NCBI GenBank assembly: GCA_964016885.1
Contig: OZ024758.1
Coordinates: 9,300,001-9,364,000, forward strand
Origin: Eledone cirrhosa
Lineage: Eukaryota
Length of the DNA stretch: 64,000 bases
Direction of reading: 5' to 3'
Below are positions 1 to 19,235 of the stretch, in pieces. The notes beneath the pieces are model-generated. The model made no database searches. It was not told the origin of the DNA and worked only from the letters and a program-made list of their open reading frames with translations. Every line of letters begins with the position of its first letter. The stretch's first letter is position 1. The position numbers were made by a program, and so were the translations under genes.

Positions 1-101
1 AACTAATCATTTAATTAAACTCATAGGTTCAATCTGTATGGTATGTGATCTAAGGGAAATAATTCAATACTTTCGTGCATTCCAATAAGGAAATTACATA
101 T

Positions 102-329
102 TTAACCCTTTACCATTCACATTATTTTATATATACTATTATATTTTCATGGTAAAGGCTTTACCTCACATAATTATCTCACATAATATCGAATCTATGA
201 GATTTTGAAAGTATTTATTTTGAGAACAATACTTTAACATCAGTTTGAGCGACCAGTTACAGCCAGTTTCAACAAAAAGAGGTAGAGAATTCTGGCCGGT
301 TTGGGCCGGTTTGAACAATAAAGGGTTAA
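102..329. mobile_element. piggyBac-type MITE family 1 (TTAA-CCCTTT...AAAGGG-TTAA)
   Basis: TTAA TSD and CCCTTT termini; further copies at 1723-1909, 2763-2949, 24148-24358, 54034-54261. Confidence 0.8.
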
Positions 330-440
330 AAGAAAAAAATGATAACATCATAATAATTGAAAAATCAAATCATTTCTTGCATTTAGTAGGCTGTTTAGCT
401 AAAGTAAAGGAAAACAGTGTGTTGAGAAGGAAGGAAATTA

Positions 441-617
441 GGAAGGTCGGGGGAAAAGTTCATAGGCTGACTATGAAGGATTGCTGCTAGAGCTGTGAAA
501 TCTTGCATTAATTTTAACTTTCTTATTAATAGGGACTATGTTGAAGAAATAACCCTCATTTGGTCATTCCATGAAAGTATCTTGGTCAGCCTATGAACTT
601 TACAGCAGACCCTAGTA
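441..617. mobile_element. Mariner-type MITE
   Basis: Termini AAAAGTTCATAGGCTGAC / GTCAGCCTATGAACTTT; copies at 24768-24870, 29955-30110, 38598-38875, 49807-49993. Confidence 0.7.
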
Positions 618-1056
618 TTTAGAAGTTTAGTTATCCTTTCTGTGTTTCTTAGGACTACAGTAAGAGAATTATCTGGATCAACTCTTGGATGTGCTATATA
701 GTCTTGGGTCTCAAATAATGCCCCTCGCCACACCACCCACTTATTAATTTGTCAGATTTTTTCCAATCTATCCTGGTGAAATTATATTTTAAGTGGTAGC
801 ATTCCTGCAACAATTTTCTTAATACATTAAAAATCATTATACATGACAAAAAAAGTACATTACTATACTAAAAATCCCATATGTTATAAAATAAATAGGA
901 TGGGTTGGAGTCTCAATATGTAAACTAAACGACTAATTCTGGTTTTTAAAAAAATCAATAGCGACAACCTAGAAAAATGACACCTCCCGCCTATTCCAAG
1001 CCCCTACTATTTGGGACCTGAGAGAAAGATTAGGTTAGAGCATTTGATCAAAGAGT

Positions 1057-1299
1057 TTGAAATTAAAAAGTAAGAGAAAACTTTTCAAATATGAAAATAA
1101 CTATTTTTTCCGGCCTGTAGCATTGAAGAAGTTTGGTGGAGCTGGGTTGCTGTCAACGAAGTCCTTGTCATCGTTAGCGACTTGCCTTGCCAAGGTGTCA
1201 GGTGATACACGTGAGGGTGCTTCGTTGTTCCAGTGCCTAAGCCTCGCCATCATCTGCGGTAATGCTGCCAGCATGTTGGCTTGCCTCAAATGTTTCTGA
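1057..1299 (+). mobile_element. CRE-clade non-LTR retrotransposon C-terminal (restriction-like endonuclease) fragment
   Basis: KY..YFFRPVAL..FGGAG..VSGDTREGASLFQCLSLAIICGNAASML resembles the F.P...E..G...QRLS.A..RGNA signature. Confidence 0.6.
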
Positions 1300-1722
1300 T
1301 AACCCTGGTTGTATGTCACCGATTAACACATTTAGTGTTGAACTGATGTTTTTTTTTTGTTTTTTCTCTTGCTTTGGTTATATATTTTTGTGTATTATAA
1401 GGTACCTAGCAATAATTAATTGTATATATAAAATAATGTGGAAGTATATATATTTTGTTGCTCACCCCAAGCAAGACGATAAAGCCACACAAATGAAAGG
1501 AGTTTCTGAGAAGGACAAAACAGAAAGAAAGTAATTGAAGGAGAGAGATAACGATCGATGTTGAAGTTTTGCAAATTGTAGTTGTCAGGAAAGCAAGATG
1601 CTGGAAGAAAATTCTATTGGTAAGATGTATGTGGGAAGAAGCTATCAGAATAGAATTTGCAATTATAGTTAGGAACTTCAACTGTAAATGAATGAGACTT
1701 AGCTGCCAATCTGGTGCTCCAT

Positions 1723-1909
1723 TTAACCCTTTAGTATTTACATTACTCTATATTTACTATTGTATTTTCACATAATATCGAATCTATGAGATTTTGATAT
1801 TATTTATTTTGAGGATAATACCTTAACATCAGTATGGGCTGCTGGTTTGAACAGAAAGAGGTGAGAGAACTCTGACTCGATAAGGCTGGTTTAAATGCTA
1901 AAGGGTTAA
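1723..1909. mobile_element. piggyBac-type MITE family 1 copy
   Basis: TTAACCCTTT..AAAGGGTTAA, homologous to 102-329. Confidence 0.78.
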
Positions 1910-2762
1910 ACTTGTGAAGACGAAGCAACAAAGAAGAAAGCTAATCAGAAAAATTCCCATGAAAATATTTATAAAAAAGGTAGAAAAGCAAGATTTCAAC
2001 ATTGTGATAGTGATTGAAAATAAACATTAGGTTTCATCTTGTATTAAAATTATCAGGTAAATATTCTAAGAAAATGAGTGATATATTTACAGAATATTTC
2101 AATATATAGCATCAAATGATGCCCCAAATATGTAGAAATATGCTAATTCCATGAGTTTGAGTTTTTAAAGATTAGACATGGATCAACTTCCTTATTATAT
2201 ATTTTTCCTTTTTTATATTTTAAGAAAATTAATAAAAGGTTTTCTATTGTAGAATCAACAATGCATTTACATGGATGAGCACTGTAAGCACATTAAAAAT
2301 ACATACATTTTTTTATAAGAAATAAACACTTTATTTAAACATAGATTCCAAGCACTTTGGTTTTATGCTATATTTCTCTAATAGCTTGTTGCATAATTAT
2401 TTTTGTTGCCCTAATTCAATAGAAATTTGAGCCAGTGAAGACAACCATTGTTGAGCCACTGTGTGTCTTAAGAATGATCAAATCTTGTCCATGATAGAAA
2501 ACCTCTTTCATTTGCATCTGAGGTTTCAGGGATGTTCTCGAAAAGTTGAATTAGTTTGTTTTAGACAAAGCTGACAAGTCTTTGAAGTAACTCTAAAATG
2601 GCCTTGCTTCACTTACACTTTTTAAAGTCATTGTTATTATACATAAACCTAAGCTCATTTATCAAGTATTTGTGATAAAATATATTCAAGTACTTCCAAG
2701 TATCTCTATATTGCACAGGGAATGTATGAGTAAAAACTTCAAACTTCTTCACATGAAGTAAT

Positions 2763-2949
2763 TTAACCCTTTAGCATTTACATTACTCTATATTTACTAT
2801 TGTATAATATTGAATCTGAAATTTTGGTATTATTTATTTTGAGAATAATACCTTAACAGAAGTATGAGCAGCTAGTTATGGCTGGTTTGAACAGAAAGAG
2901 GTGATAGAATTCTGGCCGGATATGGCTGGTTTAAATGCTAAAGGGTTAA
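2763..2949. mobile_element. piggyBac-type MITE family 1 copy
   Basis: TTAACCCTTT..AAAGGGTTAA. Confidence 0.78.
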
Positions 2950-3066
2950 AATATAAAAATTCTTTGATAAATATCAATTTTATTGTTATAATTTGTGTCA
3001 TAAGTGGAAGAATTAGAACAGGTACATTGGACAGATCAAAGACATACACAATGGTCCAAAACTTAA

Positions 3067-3390
3067 TACAGTGGAACCTCATTTCACGAATGTCTCTCAT
3101 CACAAATCGGTTCACAAACATTTTTCCGAACATAAAACGTCTCAGTTCACGAAGAGTGTCTCGTGTAATGAACATGCTGTCGGCAACAAGCTGGGAGTAT
3201 CGGCAGGAAAGCATCACTTGCTGTGTAGTTAGTTACTATGGTGATATCTGTCTTTCACACACGGTCTTTCTCTCACTGTATTTCTCTCTCAACATTTCCT
3301 ATGGAAAAAAATAGTTTTAGTTTACAAACATTTCAGGTGACGAATGGCCATCAGAAATGAATTAAGTTTGTGAACCAAGTTTCCACTTTA
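3067..3390. mobile_element. Tigger/pogo-type MITE
   Basis: TA-CAGTGGAACCT..TTTCCACT; related copies ~18310-18510 and 40347-40640. Confidence 0.65.
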
Positions 3391-3757
3391 AACCTGGGAT
3401 TTTCAAATATTTTCACTTGTGTCTTTCATTTTTTATCAGCAAATATATTTTGCCATCCATCACTCATTGTTATAAAAACTCGGTCCATAAAAATGTGTTC
3501 ATATAACAATATTATGAACACCAACATTTATTCAAGCCAACAATTTCAGTTATGAAGTTGTAAAGAAAACTATATTCCTTGTAAAGTTTTTTGAGGTTAT
3601 TCATAATAATTTAAGTGGAAGTTTGTAGAGTCATATTGTCAGGAGGAGGAGTTGTTTGCTTCATTCAACTGAATGTATAAGACCCAGGACTTCTCATAAC
3701 ATTTTGTTATTCTAAAGTCGAAACTAAACTATATTCCTTGAAACATTCCCTGATTAA

Positions 3758-3930
3758 TACACACATGCACACACACACTTATATACATACATATATACAC
3801 ACATATATACATACTTATATACATACATATATACATACATATATACATACATATATATACACACATATATACATACATACATATATGCATACATGCACAC
3901 ATATACATATGTACATATGTATGTACACAC
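3758..3930. repeat. (TACA/TA/CA)n microsatellite
   Basis: Direct inspection. Confidence 0.9.
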
Positions 3931-4244
3931 ACCCGAACAAATATAGATTGTGGAACTGATAGGCACACTCTCACAGAGGCATGCATACACGCAAACAAGC
4001 ACAAAATATATATATACATCACATGTACACACACATATAAATACATAGTATATACATTACTTCAATGTAACTTATTTAGCAGTGAAAAATTAAAACCATA
4101 CACAACTGTTCGAAACATAACGTGTTCACTTGTGACTACTTTTAATCATAATGCTTTGTTAATGCTCGGCTAATCTTTGATAGTCTGAGTAACATTATAA
4201 AGTTGAAACAAAACTATATTTCCTTGTAGAATAGTATATTAAAT

Positions 4245-4577
4245 GGAAGCACATGGCTTAGTGGTCAGAGCATTGGCCTTGCAATCGAAAGGTTGTGAGT
4301 TCAATTCTCAGACCGGGTGATGTGTTGTTTCCTTGAGCAAGACACTTTATTTCACATTGCTCCAGTTTACTCAGCTGTAGAAATGAGATGATAGGGAGTG
4401 GGGTCCCTATCATTCCACTGCAAAGTGGTCGTGGAGGTGCCACGGAAAAAAAGCACCCAGCACTCATTGTAAATGAGGTTGGTGTTAGGAAGGGCACCCA
4501 GCTGTAGAAATCAAGCCAGAATCCGTGCCACCCTTGCAAGCAGGGAAAAAGCAGACGTAAAATGAAATGATGGTGAT
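4245..4577 (+). mobile_element. tRNA-derived SINE family A (RTE-type tail)
   Basis: A box TGGCTTAGTGG, B box GAGTTCAATTC, core TCCTTGAGCAAGACACTT, (TGA)n tail. Confidence 0.85.
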
Positions 4578-4760
4578 TCAGGATTCTGTTATTTTTAATA
4601 GTTCAGACATGAATTTATCAAACCAAGCAACAGTTTTGGATCTGAGCAAGTTTAACAATTCAGGAATTTAATATTTTAAGATATTTCTTGTCGGCTTGAA
4701 ATAAAATAGTTTGATTTGGCAGTTAGACTGATCATGTAGTTGAGTGCTACAGTCATTAGT

Positions 4761-4797
<37 letters not shown>

Positions 4798-4906
4798 ATA
4801 TGTATATATATGTATATTTCATACTTAAAATTGTGGTTTGAGTAGACAATACAGTTAGATAATCCTATCATAATATTCAGCAGATAATTCTAAGGTTATC
4901 TCAAAG

Positions 4907-12975
<8,069 letters not shown>

Positions 12976-13853
12976 CTTGCAATAAACGTATGTCGAACGG
13001 AACGAGGGCAAAAAGAAAAAGCAACTGTGAAGAGTAGCAGGAATGTACAAGAGCAACAACAACGGGAGAGAGAGAGAGAATTAAACCGCTTCTGACAGGA
13101 TTATTCCAACGTCTTATCGATCCATATTCTTCTTACTACAAGAGGCTAACTGAAAGCACTTTATTCTGATGCCACTAGAATACACATCGATGAGCCAGTA
13201 TGTGGTCGCTCGGCCTGCTAGAAATAGCAGCCATATTCCCTTAAATCAAACCTTACCATTAAAACAAAAAAGCACATTGAACAAAAAAAAGAAAAAAAAA
13301 AGAGATATTAAAAAAAGGAGAGGTGGTCACAACTGGAATGGCTTTGATTATAGGTCCGTTATATCAGAACTTACCTGGGAATAAACAACAACAACAACAA
13401 CAACTACAACCACCACAACAACAACAACCAACAATAATTCCCCCCCCGTTTCTCTATTGGATTGCAGAATGCTGCATAATTCTTCAGACATAAAACAACA
13501 GAGACGACCGAGAGAAAGATATTTAATCAGCGTGCTTCAACCATTGGGTTTAGTAGAGATTTAGGTAACTATTTAGAAATAACATCGAAGCTGATGCATT
13601 TCAGATGAGATTTTTCTTGACTTGAGTTGAATTGACAGTCGACTGTGAGTAACACAACTGCCGCTAGTAAATCAGACAATGTTAACTGTAGAGACTGGTT
13701 AATGTGTAACTGTAGTTTCCGAGTATTAAACTACAGGTTAGTTAAAGAAGCACAAAAGAAGATAAACATGGCAATCGGTTGATTTGCAAATAAAAGATGT
13801 AACCACAACAAAATAAATCACCGTTGTATATATCTTTACCCAGCATGCAACGT

Positions 13854-13868
13854 GTTGCCACGGGAAAC
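13854..13868 (+). promoter_or_regulatory. RFX X-box in the divergent ASPHD/DNAH10 promoter
   Basis: GTTGCC-ACG-GGAAAC approximates the GTNRCC(N0-3)RGYAAC consensus, ~350 bp upstream of the DNAH10 ATG; forkhead-like ATAAACA (13762) and TGTTTGTTT (~13937) nearby. Confidence 0.6.
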
Positions 13869-14214
13869 TAAATAGCGTCGTTTCTATTATTTGAAATTAG
13901 TCCTTCGTCTTTGATATTTATACGCCATATAAACTTTGTTTGTTTGAGCAAATGAAAAAATGTAAATTAAAATCTTCAATATTTATGATAGCCCTTTTTT
14001 CTTTGTTAAAATTATTTTGATGAACTATACAGATATTTTAAAATACGTTATACTGATAAATTTATTCCATAGAACAATAAGTACTATTTGACAGGTCGGT
14101 TTTGTCTCGCTATTAGTCCGCTTAGTGTCGCAAAGTGTCAGATTTGTTGATCCAAACTTGATCACTGTTTTCCTTATTAATAGATTGTTTTAGTGGAAAA
14201 TACGATGTTGAGAT

Positions 14215-14431
14215 ATGGATGACTTGAGAGTGGAATGGATTAGGGATCGGGTTTTTCAGGCCTTAGATTTAAACAAACCTGATGTTTTCAACGAATTTTT
14301 AGATCGGGATGAGCAAATAGCGGAGAGTCAATTAGCCGAGTACCTGAATGAAACACCGAAAGATGGGAAAACTTCCCTTATTTTCTACAAAACCACAAGA
14401 ATTGAAGATCAAGCAATTGAAGTAGAAATTG
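14215..14431 (+). CDS. DNAH10: DNAH10 exon 1
   Basis: [21 protein letters not shown]|GTAAG, phase 1. Confidence 0.88.
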
Positions 14432-17400
14432 GTAAGATAACAGAGTTTTAAATATATTCTTTTAAATAAAGATGCTCATTATATTTCGAAGTTTCAAATA
14501 TTTCTGTTGTAAAGTTAGAATCTTACAATTGTTTTCTTTTAATTCATGTTGTAATCCCTGGTAGTGGAGACTTCTGGTGTCCTCGGCCCTAGGGCTACCT
14601 CCCTACTCACCACCATAGGCGCTGAGCTGGACAGCCGCAGGTGTGAACCCCGCGATTTGTAGTGGCTTTTCCAGCGCGTCTCCCTTGCCGTCCTCCGAGG
14701 GTACGCCTTCTCCATCCTGTTCGCCAGGGCTGTGAGGGGGGGGGGGCATCGCGTGACATTCCATATTTAGGCAATGAAACAGACTGAGTGTAAGTTATTG
14801 TTTAACTAGCATTGCTACTTGGCGTTGCCCCGGTTTCAAATATGTAGAGATTTTTTTTTTAATCAAGCAATTTTTTTTATAGAGTTCTTTACACACACAC
14901 ACACTGACTGACAAACAAATATTTTCTGATTAGTTTTCATGTCCTGATAACATCAGAAAGCGTGCTTTCTTGTGGGTTATGCAGAGGCGATTGTTGACCT
15001 ACGCCCTAGCATCTTAAGGATGATATCCCCTTGTTGGATGGTGATGCTAGCCACCAGCTCTTGGAGAACCTCACCCAGCTTGTTAACACGTTGTCGTCTG
15101 AAAGTCTCCTCTATATTCGCCTCTTATTCTTCAATGCTAAACTGTTTGGCTTCATAGAGCCAAATGCTGGTCTCTGCCCCATTGCTGAGGGTGCAGTTTG
15201 TGAGATAAAAGTGTTTTTGAAATCGATTCCATGCACTTATCCACATAATTTCCCCTTAATCAGCAGGGCCCATGCCACAGGCACTTTTACAAACTTTCCT
15301 TCTGAGATTTCCAAGGTTGTCCTCAGATTTCATCCCAGAAATACATTGAATACCATTAGATGTGATGTTATCCTCAGCTCACACACACATATATATACAT
15401 GCAAGCGTGGAAAAACGGACATAAAAACGATGATGATGATATATGGTATATATAGTGAAGGCACATGGCTTAGTGGTTAGAGCATTGGGCTTGCAATCGA
15501 AAGGTTGTGAGTTCAATTCTCGGACCGGGTGATGTGTTGTTTCCTTGAGCAAGACACTTTATTTCACATTGCTCCAGTTTACTCAGCTGTAGAAATGAGA
15601 TGATAGGACTGGGGTCCATATCATTCCACTGCAAAGTGGTCGTGGAGGTGCCACGGCAAAAAAGCACCCAGCACTCACTATAAATGAGGTTGGTGTTAGG
15701 AAGGGCATCCAGCTGTAGAAATCAAGCCAGAATCAGTTCCCGTATGAGCAAGACAAGGTCAGCCGAATGGACATTGCCTACAACAGGACAACCCGTCTAA
15801 CCCATGCTAGCGTGGCAGAACAGATGTAAAAAAGGGTGAAAAAAAAAATATATATATATTAATATGTATATATATATATATATATGTATATACAAGTTCT
15901 TACGCGACAACTGAAGAGACTTGTGGCTGGAGCAAATCTCCAACTAAGCAGAGGGTGACTTGATGGTGGAACAGCAGGGGAGATAGAGCCATTAAAGACA
16001 AAAGATAAACATGGAAAGATTGGTAAAGGGGATGCTCTGGAGAGAAGCAATTATAGGGGCATAAAACTGATGGATCAGGTTATGAAAGTGACAGAAAGAG
16101 TGCTAGCACAACTAATTAGAGAAAGAGTCAAATTAGATGAGATGCAATTTGGTTTTGTGCCTGGGAAAAGTACAACATATACCCTCTTCTTAGTGAGACA
16201 ACTAAAAGAGGTTTTTAAAGAAGAATAAGCCACTATATTTAGCTTTTGTTGACCGAGAGAAGGCTTTTGATAGAGTATCTTGATCTGTCATCTGATGGTC
16301 CCTAAGGAAACTAGGTGTAGAGGAATGGCTTGTGAGGACAGTGCAAACTATGTCAGTAAAGTGAGAGTAGGAATGGAGTTTAGTGAGGAATTCCAGATAC
16401 ATGTAGGAGTTCATCAGGGTTCTGTACTCAGCCCACTTTTATTCATAATAGTTCTCCAAGCCATAACAGAGGAGTTTAAGACTGACTGCCCATGGGAACT
16501 TCTCTGTGCTGACGATCTGGTACTTATAGCAGAATCAGTAGAGGAGCTAGAGAATCAATTCCGGTTGTGGAAACAGCAGTTGGAATCAAAAGGACTGAGA
16601 GTGAACCTAGCTAAGATTAAAATGTTGATAAGTAGGAAAAAGGACAAGACTCAGGGAAATGGCCATGCTCGATATGTATAAAAGGAGTTGGCATAAACTA
16701 TAGAATGTACACAATGCAAATCTTGGGTACACAAGAGGTGTAGTGGGAAGAGGTGTTCAGGAAAAAATAATAGAAGTGTCAGTGATAGGCACATTTTTCA
16801 AACGCAGGTAGGATCTATAGAGGTGGTTCATAGCTTCCGATATCTAGGTGATCAGATTAGCAAGGGAGGAGGATACTCCAAGGTCATAGTATCTAGAATA
16901 AGGACAGGATGGAAGAAGTTTAGGAAGTTGCTTCCACTGTTGACAACAAAGGGTTTCTCCCTACAAATGAAAGGTCAGTTGTATGATGCCTGTGTGAGAT
17001 GCACGATGCTGCATGGTAGTGAGACATGGGCAGCAACTACAGAGGATATGCGAAGATTGGAGAGAAATGAAGCAAGCATGCTCCGATGGATGTGGAATGT
17101 CGATGTGTATGAACGACCAAGCAAGGACGAGTTGAGAGAGAAACTGTGTATAAGAGGAATAAACTGTAGTGCGCAGGAGAGAAAACTGCGTTGGTATGGC
17201 CATGTGATGCACATGGAAGATGACTGTTGGGTAAAGAAGTGCCAAGAAATCTTGGTGGAAGGAAGACACAGTAGAGGAGGAAGACCACAAAAAACATAGG
17301 CGGTGGTGGTGAGAGCTGACCTCAGATCACTGAAGCTCACAGAGGAGATGAATGATGAGGGACCGTGACTAATGGAGAGATGCTGTGCTGAAGAGGACCT

Positions 17401-19199
17401 GTCCCACCTTTGCAAGCAAGGAAAAGCAGACGTTAAATGATGATGATGATATATATATATATATGTGTGTGTGTGTATATGTTTTAGAATTGAAATAGAA
17501 ATAAAAGAGTTGTTGTAACATTGACAACATAATATAGTCTAATAATTGGGTTTATAAACTGACTGAACGACAAAGAATTGGTATCAGCGCCCCAACACTT
17601 ATATTTTTATTCTAAAACCTCTCCATATTCCAAACATACTTTGTAAATATATTTTATATATGATATTTCATTGATATTTGTTTATAGAACATGATTACTC
17701 TAATGAAGAAATGAAATTAGATATTGAAGGGTTTGAAAACAGCATTGCTGACACTGATGATCAGTTGTTTGGAGGTAAGTACAGTTTTGAGGATTATCTT
17801 CTTACACGTATCCTTTTTCTTATCAGGTTTACTCCTATTTCTTAACTCTTATTTCAAAACTAACTTCGGGTGGTTGTTTGACAGAATCAGAAGAGCACCA
17901 GACAGCATTTAGCTACACCTTTCTACGTTCTGAGTTCCGTTCCTGTTGTGGTCAACTTTGCCTTTTATCCTTCCAAGATTGATAAAAAAAAAAGTACCAG
18001 TTAAATACTGAGTGAGGTCTGTATAATCTACCTTACTCTTCTCCAAAATTGCTGGCCTTGTTCCAATGCTAGAAAGAATTATTTCTAAACTAACTGTCAT
18101 ACTTTTCATTTGAAACGTAAGAAAAATGTTAGCAGTTTTATACTGTATCCCATTGTAAATTGAAAGAACCTTTAATACTCCACCCACATCATAACAGCCC
18201 CCCCCCCCCCCCACTCATGACCTTACACCCCTCTTGCCCCAGGCCAGAGTCCACTGTAAAGTGGTTGTTCTGGTGCCCACCATGAATATACAAGCTGGCA
18301 ACAACAGTTGACAACAAGCTGAGAGTATTGATGGGAAAGTGTTACTTGCTATGTAGTTAGTTACTATGGTGATATCTATCTGTCTTTCACACACAGTCTC
18401 TCTATCACTGAATTTCTTTCTCAACATTTTGTATGGGGAAAAATAGTTTTAGTTTATGACTATTTTTGGTGACGGAATTAATTAAGTTTGTGAACTGAGG
18501 TTCCACTGTATCTAGAATTTGGTATGCAATTTGAGTTTCTAGAATTTAAGTCAGATCCTTACACACATTGATACTGCATCACTTATATCAATGTATTCAA
18601 TGTTGTTGTGTAACTGTAGTCATTTCTGCTTGAGTAAAGAGGGAGTTGATCAAATATTTAGGAGTTACTTATAAAATACAGAAATAATCTATAATTATTT
18701 TGTAATTGTAAAACCTTTTTCTGTTGAAAGATTTTGATAAAGATGACAAAAGTGATGATGGAACAAGTAAAATGGATGGATCTATTGCAGAAGGCACGGA
18801 GGAAGAGACAAAAGTTCAAACAGTGAGTTAAAAAAGATCTATTTTTCATAACATTTTGTATCTCTTTGATCTTGATAGTCTCAAACCATTTCCACCAACA
18901 TATTTCTTGGTCTACTTCTATCTCAAGCCCCCTTCCAATTCATGATGCCTTTTCTTTATCCAGCCTGTATCTTCTAATTACATTACATGTCTACACAGCA
19001 TAGTTGACTTCCCAGCAGATATCAGCCAATATATTTCATGTCCAACTGATTATCTCACTTGTGTTCAGCTTTTCTTGTATATTTATATTGCAAATCCAAT
19101 GAACCAGCTTATTTCTCTCAACCAACTCTTCTTTACTACATCTAATCTATATATCATCATCATCAGCATCATTTAGCATCCATCTTCCATGCTAGCATG

Positions 19200-19235
<36 letters not shown>

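Noticed and set aside
1101-1319. 72-aa minus-strand ORF ending GRKK, superficially like a neuropeptide precursor exon
   Set aside because: No acceptor or signal peptide; the opposite strand explains it as a CRE-like retrotransposon C-terminus
2400-2700. Possible degraded transposase-like sequence
   Set aside because: No recognisable motif in the frames inspected
4245-4320. tRNA genes at SINE heads (also 15457, 56551 and the family B heads)
   Set aside because: A and B boxes are present, but the cloverleaf is incomplete and the heads continue into SINE core and tail
14804-14940. Helitron/Helentron-like ends (ACTAGC..GGCGTTGCCCCGG; also GACGGACAGACAG..TATAGAT at ~6870-6917 and ~57670-57716)
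   Set aside because: Suggestive only; boundaries and family could not be established by eye
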